From IMG/VR virus record IMGVR_UViG_3300020183_006961, positions 1 to 51,749 of that record: 51,749 bases of DNA; one strand, written 5' to 3'. A program made the translations under genes and the position numbers. The first letter of the stretch is position 1. Each line of letters starts with the position of its first letter. Origin of the DNA: a virus (taxonomy: Duplodnaviria > Caudoviricetes). A model generated the notes under the pieces. It was not told the DNA's origin and ran no database searches. It saw only the letters and a program-made list of their open reading frames with translations. Positions 1 through 10,600 of the stretch are shown piece after piece.

Positions 1-1
1 A

Positions 2-1738
2 GAGAGTCTATCATACACCGATGCTGATGCACAAAGACATAAAGATCTTAAAAAGAAAGACAAATTAAGTGACAAGGAAAAGAAAGAGTTAGAAGATTTA
101 GACAAACGGTATGCGGGCGATGCAGGGGAAAGTTTCAGAAAGACAAAAGAAAAGCAGGGCGAGCTAAGCCAAAAAACAAAAGACGCAAAGAAGGGTAAGC
201 CGGTAGAACCAGAAGAAAAACCGAAAGGTGAATTTAACGTTTTAGGTACGGCCATGACCGTAGCTTTGACTACCGGTATTTTAAAGGGGATGAGCTGGGG
301 CATGGGTAAAGTCGGAGAAGTGGTAACGTCCAGATTTGGCTCTGTTGTGCAGGGGCTTGCCCGAGTGGGCGCTGCCGTTCCGGGCGCTATTCCGGGCGCT
401 ATTCCGGGCGCTATTCCGGGCGCTATTCCGGGCGCTATTCCGGGCGCTGTTCCGGCGGCCGCTGGTGCTCCAAGTGCTCTGGCAACGATGTTTCCTACGC
501 TTGCTTCTGCTGTTGGCAGTTTTACTTCGATACTTCGTGGGCCGGCTTTCGCAGCGTTCGGAACTTTAAGTGCGGGGGCTTTAGCAGCCAGCGCCTCCAT
601 GGTCGCCGTAGGGGTCGCAGGTTATCAAGCGGGCGAGTTTCTTGAAAAAAAGTTTGGACTTGGATCGAAGATTTTGAGTACATTCGGCGTAGAGGGAGCG
701 GATGAAAAAGAAAATGAAAGAATAAGCAAGGAACTCGAGCGGCCTATAGATGAAGCGGGCGTTCGGCAAGGGGCCATAGACTCCTATAATAGAGCTTCGG
801 AAGAAAGGAAGAAAGGGATGAGGGAAAAGTATGGGCTTACCGAAGATAGCGCTGAGGCGTATGCTGACGCCCAGCTTGCAGCGAAAAAGAAAAGAGAAGA
901 AGAGAAGAAAAAAGCTGCAACTCAAGCAGCTGCAACTCCAGCAGCTGCAACTCCAGCAGCTGCAACTCCAGCAGCTGCAACTCCTGCAGCAGCAACTCCA
1001 GCAGTAGTGCAAAAAACGCAAGAACAAATTAATCAAGATAGAATCAAACAAATCAATGATGAAAAAGTTAATGCAAACATGCAAATGGCTGCGGAAGATC
1101 AAAGCTATCAAGCTCAAAGGAATCTTATACTCGCTACTCGTACAGGAGGAGGGGGAGCATTAAAAAGACTGGAGGATGAGCACAAGAAAAGACAAGCTGA
1201 AATTCGACTGGGCTCCGCGCAAAAACAAGTTGAGATAGCGGGCGGGGGGCCGGCTGCGCAAAAACAAGCTGAGCTAGCGGCAGGTCCAGTAGGGAATGAA
1301 GTTAGCGTAGCTGCAGCTTCTAAGATTAAAGAAAAAGAAGATGCTAAACAAGGGCCAAAAAATGAATTATTACAAGCTGGAACTGTTTTCCGGACTTCAA
1401 TTTTAAATTTTTCTGAAGCAATAGCGCGTTTTGAAACAGCAACTGAATCTTTAAAAGATTCTAACGCTTCCGATGAAGAAGCCGGTGGATCTACCAACGA
1501 TGGAGAAAACGCTAAGGTGGCCGCAAATGATAAAGGAGAGAGTCGAAGCTTCACTATTAATTTTAAAATAAATGGAGAAGATTCTGAACCTATAGAACTA
1601 AGTGGCAGTGATGAGAATATAGCTCTTTTTGAGGAAAGACTTGCTTTCCTTGAAAGCCAAATGAATGGCGAGCAAGCTCCCGCTCCAGCCGCATTGCGGA
1701 GCGCTCGAAGTGCGAAAGGAGTCGGCGTTATCGGGTAA
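2..1738 (+). CDS. C-terminal part of a probable tail tape-measure-like protein (5' truncated by the window edge)
   Basis: The frame is open from base 2 (ESLSYTDADAQRHK...) into the listed 254..1738 ORF. It has Ala/Gly-rich hydrophobic helices alternating with charged coiled-coil stretches and lies just upstream of a run of structural-type genes. Confidence 0.6.
   Translation, partial: ESLSYTDADAQRHKDLKKKDKLSDKEKKELEDLDKRYAGDAGESFRKTKEKQGELSQKTKDAKKGKPVEPEEKPKGEFNVLGTAMTVALTTGILKGMSWGMGKVGEVVTSRFGSVVQGLARVGAAVPGAIPGAIPGAIPGAIPGAIPGAVPAAAGAPSALATMFPTLASAVGSFTSILRGPAFAAFGTLSAGALAASASMVAVGVAGYQAGEFLEKKFGLGSKILSTFGVEGADEKENERISKELERPIDEAGVRQGAIDSYNRASEERKKGMREKYGLTEDSAEAYADAQLAAKKKREEEKKKAATQAAATPAAATPAAATPAAATPAAATPAVVQKTQEQINQDRIKQINDEKVNANMQMAAEDQSYQAQRNLILATRTGGGGALKRLEDEHKKRQAEIRLGSAQKQVEIAGGGPAAQKQAELAAGPVGNEVSVAAASKIKEKEDAKQGPKNELLQAGTVFRTSILNFSEAIARFETATESLKDSNASDEEAGGSTNDGENAKVAANDKGESRSFTINFKINGEDSEPIELSGSDENIALFEERLAFLESQMNGEQAPAPAALRSARSAKGVGVIG
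380..451 (+). repeat. 12-bp coding tandem repeat (CCGGGCGCTATT x5 plus one variant) encoding PGAI x5, PGAV
   Basis: Read directly from the sequence; five identical units. Confidence 0.97.
914..1003 (+). repeat. 15-bp coding tandem repeat (GCAGCTGCAACTCCA) encoding AAATP x5
   Basis: Read directly; three identical units, two with synonymous changes, and partial flanking units. Confidence 0.97.
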
Positions 1739-1744
1739 AGTATC

Positions 1745-3997
1745 ATGAATATTTCTTCAATTTTTAGCGAGAGTGGACTAAACTTAAATACTGGAGATTC
1801 TAGTATTTATATTACTAGTCTTGGAGCTAGTGTTGAAAGAAAATATTTAAATGACTCTTATTCTTATGGTAATGTTTTTAATTTTGATGTAGAAGGAACT
1901 GTTCATAAGCCGTACACCACAGAAAATTTACAAACAGGTCTTTATGATAAAATAAAAGCTATTGCCGATTCTGGAAGATATAATTTTAGAATAAAATCTT
2001 TAAATTTTCCCAATTCACTCAACGAAAGTTCAGAGGGTATTAGATTTTTAAAATTTAGTGCAGCAGTGGAGTTTCACCAAAATGAAACTGGTGCGCACAG
2101 TAAATTTTTAGAGTTCGATACGAATAATAAAGCGGACAATAAAAACTTTTTAGAACCTGCAATAAATAATCTGCAGAATTTTGCAACGGGTATTAAAGAC
2201 TATTCTGAAAATTTCAATTTTGATGAGGGAGAGAATGGAGAATGCAAGTTTACTCATTCAGTTAATTTGGGACTGCTACCAGAAACTGGAAGTGATATTT
2301 TTTCAGTTATAAAAAAAAACAATTTACGCACCGCCGCTCAAAGTATCGTCTCAAACTCAAAAAGTTACAGCAGTTTTACAAATTTAGCCAAGCTTTTTAC
2401 CGGAAATGGTTTTGTATTTAATAATAGTAGCTGGGCTGACCATTTCGCAGCAGCAAATGATGCCAGTTTCACAAATTCAGAAACCATTGATCTTTTTGCA
2501 AATTCATATTCATTAACTCGCAACAAAATCTACTATACTGGATACGATGCGAATTATTTTTTTAATCACTCTTATGATTTGAGCGTCGGCGGCGATGGAA
2601 CGATAGAAATATCAGAAAATACAGAAATGAAGGGCGGCACAACTTTCGCCGCGCTGAAAGCTAAATTCGATTCCGATATAGAAGGCGCGAGCTCATCATT
2701 TATCAATGGAGATTCTACTTTTAATAACGTAAAAAAATCTTATACCAGATGCCAGGAATTTTTGAAAAACTATAGATATTTTTTAAGAAAAACAAAAGCT
2801 GAAACCGATGCCAACGCCACAGAATATTTGGATCATTATACTAATTCTACAAGTTTATATTCTTTGCGACCGATTCCGATGGAAAGATCTTTCTCATCAA
2901 TTCCAGAATTACCAGCAATAACTTATAATGTAAAATATACTACCAACCCAAATTTACAATATGGTTATGAGAGCAAGGATGGCTTAAAAGTCTCAAGGCA
3001 GGGAGTATTTATAACTTGCTCTCACTCTTTTGAAGTAAAGTCTATAAATTTCAAGACTGGTGATTTAAATAATTTCGACACCGATTTTGGCGCAAGTAGT
3101 GCGGGTATAACTAATTTCGAAACCTTTACAGTAAAAGCAGCGGAGCGTTCAAAACAGTTTGTGCATGATTTAATGAATGGATCTCAAGCTATTAATTTTA
3201 AAAATTTAAAACCTGACCCCAGTATTCAAATAGCTTTAGCATTGATAAAGAAAAGTTCTAAAATTCCAAGAAGAGGCAAAGACTTTAATTTAACATTAGA
3301 ATATAGTAGCGAAGATAAATACGCGCCGCTTTGGTTTAAACAGCGTGGAACTGCTGCGCAAGCCAATATGCCAACTAGAGACTTAATGTTTAATAATTTA
3401 GTGATTCCGGTAAGCTTACATCAAACCTTAGCTGATAATTTTACATTTTTTGATAAAAAAGTTGACGTTACTGCTCCTGTGGAAAAATTTACCGAAAGAA
3501 TTGTTCTTGGTAGATCAGCAGGAAAATATACGGGAAAATCTATAATTGATCCAAGCGTAGTTTCGTCTACTGGAAAAATGAAAATAAATTTTAACGCAAA
3601 AATTAATAAATACCAAGGTGGAGTGTGGCTTGACGATTTTTTCCAAAATGGAAACACTAATAACGTTATTAACTTTTTAAATAAAATATTAAGTATAAGA
3701 AATATGTTTTTTGGTTCGAACCCGCAGTTCGCGCCAATTTTTCACGCTACAGTAACCAGTGAAATACAAAAATTAATAGACAATACTGGGCTTATGCATC
3801 CAATTAACGGATACGCCCCGACTTCAATATCTTATTCATTTGATTCTAATTTTGATTTTTCAATAAATGTAGAAGTAGAGTTTTATAGTAAATCAGTTAA
3901 TAGTAGAAGAAAACCAATTTTTGGATTTAAAGGTAATAAAATTTATCCTGGTAATATTGATACGGCAAGTATATTTGGCCAAAAAAACAGTTTCTAA
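1745..3997 (+). CDS. Hypothetical protein, probable tail/baseplate component (750 aa)
   Basis: Long ORF 6 bp after the tape-measure-like gene; beta-rich S/N/F composition; TAATG coupling to the next gene. Confidence 0.6.
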   Translation: MNISSIFSESGLNLNTGDSSIYITSLGASVERKYLNDSYSYGNVFNFDVEGTVHKPYTTENLQTGLYDKIKAIADSGRYNFRIKSLNFPNSLNESSEGIRFLKFSAAVEFHQNETGAHSKFLEFDTNNKADNKNFLEPAINNLQNFATGIKDYSENFNFDEGENGECKFTHSVNLGLLPETGSDIFSVIKKNNLRTAAQSIVSNSKSYSSFTNLAKLFTGNGFVFNNSSWADHFAAANDASFTNSETIDLFANSYSLTRNKIYYTGYDANYFFNHSYDLSVGGDGTIEISENTEMKGGTTFAALKAKFDSDIEGASSSFINGDSTFNNVKKSYTRCQEFLKNYRYFLRKTKAETDANATEYLDHYTNSTSLYSLRPIPMERSFSSIPELPAITYNVKYTTNPNLQYGYESKDGLKVSRQGVFITCSHSFEVKSINFKTGDLNNFDTDFGASSAGITNFETFTVKAAERSKQFVHDLMNGSQAINFKNLKPDPSIQIALALIKKSSKIPRRGKDFNLTLEYSSEDKYAPLWFKQRGTAAQANMPTRDLMFNNLVIPVSLHQTLADNFTFFDKKVDVTAPVEKFTERIVLGRSAGKYTGKSIIDPSVVSSTGKMKINFNAKINKYQGGVWLDDFFQNGNTNNVINFLNKILSIRNMFFGSNPQFAPIFHATVTSEIQKLIDNTGLMHPINGYAPTSISYSFDSNFDFSINVEVEFYSKSVNSRRKPIFGFKGNKIYPGNIDTASIFGQKNSF

Positions 3998-5769
3998 TGA
4001 GTGCAATTGTAACATACACGACATTATTAGGCTCAGTATCGGAACTTAACCCACCGCCATTTGTAAGTCAGTCTCGTCAGGAGGTCGACGCGGGCCTTAT
4101 GCGGTTGGGGCACGAAAGAATTTATGCCTTGGATGGTTTATATTCTGGGTCAAGCGATTCATTTGCAGACTTTGAGACTTTATCAAATATATTCTCTCAA
4201 TCACCGGGTATACTAAAAATAAAAAGTAATAATGTAACAATTTTAGATGAAACAGGCTTTATCGTATCTTTTTCTGTCCCAAAGGATAATTTTAGCGCAA
4301 GAATGGTTGGACCGGGCGGTGGTGGTATATTGCCTTACAATGTAAAGTTTAAAGTTTTTGACACTTTAAGAGGTGTAAAAGAGCCCTCTTTCGAGTATGG
4401 TTTTAATCAAAATGAAGACAAATCAGTAAATTTAAACGTAAAAGCTTCTGCGGTTGGGGTGACTGGAATTTTTCAAGCTAGAGATTTCGTTGAAGATTTA
4501 TTTAATGAATTTGATTTGACAGGTTTTACGCCCATATTTATTACCACTGGTAAAAATTGGAGCTTGCTTTCAAATAAAAAAACCATAGATCGTTCAAAGT
4601 TTTCTTATGTTGTGGAAAAAAGCTATCGCTGTCAGCCTAGCGGTTATATAAATGATGATTTTTACTTTTCTGAAACGACCAAAGTTTCTGAACAAAATTC
4701 TCCTTATGGAGGGGATTATAGGAGTTTTCAGTTTGATTCTAATTTAAAAATTCTTGCGGATGATGCGAATAAATATCAGAAGCAAAAATCTTGGAGCGAT
4801 GCGGAAGCCAAGTTCTCTGATCAAAACTATATTGAAAAAATTTCTGAACATTATATGAAACGCCATGGGGCGAATAATATAAATGATTTTATTTTAAACA
4901 ACGTTTCAGTTTCAAAAAATTCTGGAGCAAGAGAAGTGAATTTAAAGTGGGAATTATTAAGCGGAAACGCCAAAGATTTTAGTGGGTTTTTTGATTATTC
5001 TGTATCGGCTTCGGAAGATTTTTCATCTCAACAAAACTCCATTTCCCTTGACGGATCTTTCGTATCAAAGGGGGATTTGACCAACCGAAAAAGATCCTTG
5101 GAGCAATGGCTAAAGGGGCAAACCTTTACTCCTGTGGGGGCTGGTCAAAATATGCCCCAAACCAGCTCAAATGCTGATTTCTTTAAATTTATTAATGGAC
5201 TAACTGGAATAGCTGCGGGCGTCATTAGCGGTATTTTTAATATAGATTCTGTGAATATAGATTATAATAGTGGACTAGCGGACTTTAAGCTTTCTTGTCA
5301 AAGCGATAATGTCCCTAGAATAAAACCAGGAAGCAAATTAGAGTTTAGCGCAGAAATTCAAGAGGGCGTGCCGATATATAAATTTATACCCGCAGCCAAT
5401 ATAGAGGGTCATCATATTATTCAAGATTTACAATGTCAAACTGCAGAAAAAGCCTCTTTAAAGGTAAATGGCAATGCTGATTTTGCAAAAAATTTAGAGA
5501 ATTTTTTTGGAACAGGAGTGGATATTATTGGAAAAATGTTTAATAATTTTATTAATGTAGGGGCAGGTCTTACTAATTACAAAGATTTGGTTCCGGAAAG
5601 TTTGCAAATTTCCAGCGGGGTATCTGACGCATCTTTTGGCGTAAATTATAATTTAATGTATACCGCCAAAAGCGCTAATAATCATGCGGCCTTTTTGGGC
5701 GTAGCTGCTCCGAAAGCCGTTGTGCCTGCGGCTGGGTCAATTAGAGGGAAGCACTATTTTGGACGATAA
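3997..5769 (+). CDS. Hypothetical protein, probable tail/baseplate component (590 aa)
   Basis: Translationally coupled ORF; beta-strand pattern; shares short motifs with 1745..3997. Confidence 0.6.
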   Translation: MSAIVTYTTLLGSVSELNPPPFVSQSRQEVDAGLMRLGHERIYALDGLYSGSSDSFADFETLSNIFSQSPGILKIKSNNVTILDETGFIVSFSVPKDNFSARMVGPGGGGILPYNVKFKVFDTLRGVKEPSFEYGFNQNEDKSVNLNVKASAVGVTGIFQARDFVEDLFNEFDLTGFTPIFITTGKNWSLLSNKKTIDRSKFSYVVEKSYRCQPSGYINDDFYFSETTKVSEQNSPYGGDYRSFQFDSNLKILADDANKYQKQKSWSDAEAKFSDQNYIEKISEHYMKRHGANNINDFILNNVSVSKNSGAREVNLKWELLSGNAKDFSGFFDYSVSASEDFSSQQNSISLDGSFVSKGDLTNRKRSLEQWLKGQTFTPVGAGQNMPQTSSNADFFKFINGLTGIAAGVISGIFNIDSVNIDYNSGLADFKLSCQSDNVPRIKPGSKLEFSAEIQEGVPIYKFIPAANIEGHHIIQDLQCQTAEKASLKVNGNADFAKNLENFFGTGVDIIGKMFNNFINVGAGLTNYKDLVPESLQISSGVSDASFGVNYNLMYTAKSANNHAAFLGVAAPKAVVPAAGSIRGKHYFGR

Positions 5770-5771
5770 TA

Positions 5772-7577
5772 ATGAATACTGAAAATTACAAAAATTGTTT
5801 ATTTGCTACAGGTTCAAGCTCTGGATTTTTAAGAGGATCTTACAACTTTTCCAATCGAGTGGGGTCTGTAATCTTAAATGATCTTTATCCCACTGGAGAG
5901 GTTTACTTTAAAAGTGGAGATGAAAATGTATTTTACGTTAATAAACTTAACTTAAGTTTATTTTCTGGAGATCAAATTTATAGTAATCAATTTACTGGAG
6001 CTTCGAAGCCTCCATTAAATCTAAGGCTGGAAAACTTTGAAAGTCCAAATGACTTCAATATTCTAATTGATTTTTCAATTGATAGCTGTTCGAGTACGGA
6101 ACCTGTAGTTTTATTCTCTTCAAGCACTGGAACTAATTTAAATTCTGGATTTATATTTGGATATAATGCTATAAATAAATGGTTTTTGGAATATGGAACC
6201 GGAGCGAATAAAGTAATAAGAACTTTTAGGAACTCTTTGCTAAATCAAAAAAATTTAATCAGCTTTGGAGTCTTGGGCGATGTATTTCATTTTAAAAAAT
6301 ATGACACTGTTAACAATATAATGATTAATGAGCAAGAAGAATTGAAAAATTTCAAGTATTCTGATAAATTTATTTTTGGCAAAAGTTTTCAAGGATATTC
6401 TGGATTTTCTGGAAATATAAATCATATTTTTTTATCAGCAAATAATCCGAAGATTGAAGACGTAAATTATTTCGAATGTGCATTTTGCACGGGTTTAAGC
6501 ACTGGAATCAAGCAGGAAAATTTATCTGGAGATTTTTACAATCCATTGTCTTTTGATATGGTGGAAATTTCTGGTACCGGAATAACGGGATACAAAGGCG
6601 AAGTTATATTTAATTCGAATTTAGGAATTTATCAATCTGTTCAAGCTCCATTGACCGGACATTTTATTTCGGAGGTGGTGGTAACTGGTTCAACGCAAAG
6701 CCAACAGTCGATTTTTGAACAAGAGTTTTCGGATCCACTAATAGAAGAAAAAAGAAAAAAAGATTATAATAATGATCTTATATCCATAGTTTTTATTTCA
6801 AATGTTGAGTCGGGAGATTTATTAGAGATTTACGATTACAACGAAATAAACAACAATATAGATCTTTCGGCAAATCAAATTTTTTCATCAGATCTTGCCG
6901 TTTTCTCCAACGGAATGCTATTTGTAAGCGGTTTAGATTATTCGGTTTCTTCTAATGGATTAATTGAATATGATTCTGATGATAGTGATGAAATTAGAGT
7001 AAATAAAATCAGCTCACCAATACAATATTTGCTATACAGTGGTTTGCATCAAAATTATCGGCAGATTACGGGCTTGCATGAACATACGGGATATTATCCA
7101 GCCTCCTCTCAATTCTTGGAGACTGGAGATGGTAATGTTACTATTACTGGATTTGATTCTCTATTCTTTAATGGATTCAAATTAAGCGGATATGATTTAT
7201 TCATGAATGGTCAAAAAATATACTCTGGAATAGATTATACTACTGGAATAACCGGGGGTAAAGAATCATTAATAATTCACGCTAGTAATTTTAATGACGC
7301 AAAATTAGCAATCACAGTTGATGGAAATGGAGAATTATCTAGTATCGATGAATCTACCGAATCTATATTAGCCTTTTCACCAGTGCAAAATCAAAATTAT
7401 CGTAAAATATTAGATTATAGAACAAGTAGTGTGATGGTTTACCCTGTTTCAGGAAGTTCGGTAGAAATATGGTTGAATGGCATAAAAATGATAAAAAATA
7501 TAGATTATTCAATAAAATTGCCTTGCGAATTCTCCTCAAAAACTTTTAACTTAAGAAATTTAACTTACGTTTTTTAG
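5772..7577 (+). CDS. Probable virion protein with a LamG/ConA-like N-terminal region and three NGxxxxxxxDY beta-repeats
   Basis: Repeats VFSNGMLFVSGLDY, LFMNGQKIYSGIDY and IWLNGIKMIKNIDY; LamG-like 'FIFG...GFSGNI' pattern (weak). Confidence 0.55.
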   Translation: MNTENYKNCLFATGSSSGFLRGSYNFSNRVGSVILNDLYPTGEVYFKSGDENVFYVNKLNLSLFSGDQIYSNQFTGASKPPLNLRLENFESPNDFNILIDFSIDSCSSTEPVVLFSSSTGTNLNSGFIFGYNAINKWFLEYGTGANKVIRTFRNSLLNQKNLISFGVLGDVFHFKKYDTVNNIMINEQEELKNFKYSDKFIFGKSFQGYSGFSGNINHIFLSANNPKIEDVNYFECAFCTGLSTGIKQENLSGDFYNPLSFDMVEISGTGITGYKGEVIFNSNLGIYQSVQAPLTGHFISEVVVTGSTQSQQSIFEQEFSDPLIEEKRKKDYNNDLISIVFISNVESGDLLEIYDYNEINNNIDLSANQIFSSDLAVFSNGMLFVSGLDYSVSSNGLIEYDSDDSDEIRVNKISSPIQYLLYSGLHQNYRQITGLHEHTGYYPASSQFLETGDGNVTITGFDSLFFNGFKLSGYDLFMNGQKIYSGIDYTTGITGGKESLIIHASNFNDAKLAITVDGNGELSSIDESTESILAFSPVQNQNYRKILDYRTSSVMVYPVSGSSVEIWLNGIKMIKNIDYSIKLPCEFSSKTFNLRNLTYVF

Positions 7578-7610
7578 ATGATAGCATTTAATTTTTTATA
7601 ATTATTTAAT

Positions 7611-10600
7611 ATGGGATATCAAAGAATAGCTGGAATAAAAATAAAGGCTCAGGGCGGTAGGTTTGGTAACCAAACCTTCCCTGAAGGCAGAGCATTTGGC
7701 GGATGGATTTATGGAGGAAATTTGCAAATGGGATTTGCGGATTCTCCGACGACCTTGAGTCTTGATATTGCTTTGGACACTCAAACTGATGGGACAGAAT
7801 TGCTCGGTAACGATGGCTCTGTTGCTGGAATAGGTTTTGATATAAATTCCGGCGACTTAAGAGTGAATCATACCGGAGTAGAGCAATACTATACAATAAC
7901 GATTGGTTCAACTGAATTTGGACCAATGTATTTAACTTCTTACGATATAAATGGGGCGACAGATTCAAAAACTTTGAAAGTTGAATTTACAGATTACTCT
8001 ATGGTTTTAGATAAAGTTTATGTTGGTTTATTTAAACGAGAGGGGTATATAAGTAAGCATAAGAAAACAATCGTGGCAAGTCCTGAAATTTTCGCTCTTT
8101 GCCCAGATTGCTCAGTGTCAAGCACTAGGTTTTTCACAGTAAGGGGGTTTCCGATAGGGACTATAGAAACTGCCGCATATTTTATAAATCATTATCATCC
8201 TGGTGGACGGGATCTATTAGTGCAAGCAAACCCCTCAGAAAATTACAGCAGTTATTCTAATCGCGCAATAAAGAACTCATCGGCTTACGCTACGATGGCG
8301 ACTTTTTCAAATCAGTTTGCGCCTAGTGCAACGGCCGCTAATAGCTTAAATATAAATGGGGGAACGCTAATTATTGGAACCGAAGAATTTAATGAAAATG
8401 CTTGTGCTGATGCAAGCAATATTAGTTATAATTTTTCAGAACTTTTGCAGGCACTGGCTAGATTAAACTTAAAGTTTACAAAAGTTAACAGCTCTATTTT
8501 AGCCAACTCTTATCTTGACATAGACAAAACGTTAGATAAAAATCGAAATTATAGACAAACCTACAATGGAACGCTGCGGGAAGTATTGAATAACTGGTGC
8601 GCAGACTTTGGGTTAAATTTTTATATTTTTGGAAAAACAATACATTTCATCGATGTGAGCGCCGGAGTAAATTTACAAGGTTTAAAAGACGTAATGGTTC
8701 CAACAAACCCTCTTGGCCAAGTATTTAATTCTAATACAAATTTTGCTATTGGAAATTTCTCTGAAAAATTCAATATAAAAGAAACGTATGCTCAGGTTAT
8801 AGTAACTTCGAGCATCAGGTCAAGGTCCGTTAATAAACAAAATAAACAATTGAAGAATGTTTGTGGTTTCACGGTAACTCATCCGCTAGATTGGCTAAAC
8901 CCCAATAGAACCCCGTTTGCCTCTCATGAAACGATGTATGGTCAACCATTTACAGCGCCATATTTTATAAATGACTATAAAAAACAAAATAACAGAGATT
9001 ACTTCATAATTGATGGTAAAAAAAATATAACGCATTGGTTTAGTAATAGAAGTTTAACTGTTATAGACACATGCGCTGCATTAATAAATTATAATGAAAA
9101 TATAAGAGATATTTACGCTGGGGCATTAATAACCTATAGTGAAATGGGAGATAAAATAAGCAAACAAAATGGATTTAATAGTTTTGCATTCGTTCCCGTA
9201 CTGTATTTAGAAGGCGAACAAATTAATGATATAAAAAGTTTCTTTCTTGAGAAAAACTTTGCAAAAGATACGCCCAATGGAGTGGCCCAAAACAATATAT
9301 TAGCTCCGGAGCATTTTAATCTGTACGTAGGGTTCCATGACCCAAAACGGGTCGAAGAAATAAAATCTTGGGAAAAAGCCATTGCAAGCAAAATTGGAAA
9401 ATATGGAATATTAAATAAAGCCAGCCTCCCTCATCATCCGTATTTACCATTGGATAGAGTAGACCAGCCTAGTTTTTTTGTAAATAATGCTACGGCGGGT
9501 AAATATATGAAGGTAAATTCTACCACTAACCCCAGTAGTGACAATCGCATGGATTATGCATCTGATGATTTTTTTCTATCTGATATATTTAAAGCTAGTG
9601 GAAATTACGCATCTGTTCTAAATGATTTTAGCGGTTTATATGTCGCTCAATTAGATAATGAATGGGGTACTAAGCAAGAAGACTTTAATCTCCAATTAAA
9701 AGAACTAAATAGATTCCAAGCAAGCACAGATTGCGATAATTTTAAAGATATAGTAGCTAGGGGCCAAGATCATGACGATTCTACTGCTCCAGCCAGTTTC
9801 GACTTGAATGATTTCACGCCTAAATTGATAAAATTAGAAGAAGATGACATGGATGATCTGCAAGAATTTTTAACAAATAGTATTAATGGTGATCCCTCGC
9901 GAGAGGCGCTATTAGCGGCAGTAATCGATAAGAAAAAAGAAACTCGATCCCAGAATAAAATCAAACAATATTCCGACCTGTATTGTCCGAAACTATATTT
10001 ACTCGCAATACCAAGAGTAGGTTATCCCCAAGGGGCTAGCTTCACAAATTCAGAAATCTTAACTTTGTGTCCTCATTTACAAATTGAGTTTGGTTTTACT
10101 CAGCCAAAGAGGAACGATACAATGGTTATTAAACTAAATAAATTTTCGCAAGACAAGGAAAGAGAAAAGAAAAAAAGATTTCCGAAAAATGTTTGCGACG
10201 ATTCCTTGTTGGATACAATTTGCGCGAGTGGAGTACTGGCGAACCAGAAAGATTGCCCTGATTATTCACCAGATCCAAACTGCAAATGTCCAAGCCCTGC
10301 TTCAGATTTTTTTAGTAATTTTAATCCGGGATTTAGTCCTGATGTCGTAATGAATCGGCCATGTAGAAATATAAATCTAATACTTAAGGTTAATCACTTG
10401 ACTCACAATTATGTACAAACACACAACGCAAACAACCCAGTACTTAAGGATGACAGTTTTAAAGGATTGAGCGTTATTCATGAGGGTGAATCGGCTCCTC
10501 AGTATACAAAAGACCAGACTCAGATAGACATAACTTATCCGATTGATTCATATCCGCTGATTGGCTCGGGTTTTAACTACTATAATGGAATTTTGGATCA

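Noticed and set aside
380-1003. Tandem repeats as a CRISPR array
   Set aside because: Units are 12 and 15 bp, head-to-tail with no spacers, and lie in frame inside a CDS.
336-1746. Alternative ORFs 336..569 (RALF repeats), 581..1117 (CWSCS repeats) and 1114..1746
   Set aside because: They are off-frame or antisense shadows of the repeats and codon bias in the tape-measure-like gene.
7575-7610. TAG stop-codon reassignment (alternative genetic code)
   Set aside because: Genes are long and tightly packed under code 11. The few TAG stops (7577, 40442) fall at plausible gene ends, and read-through adds only a few residues.
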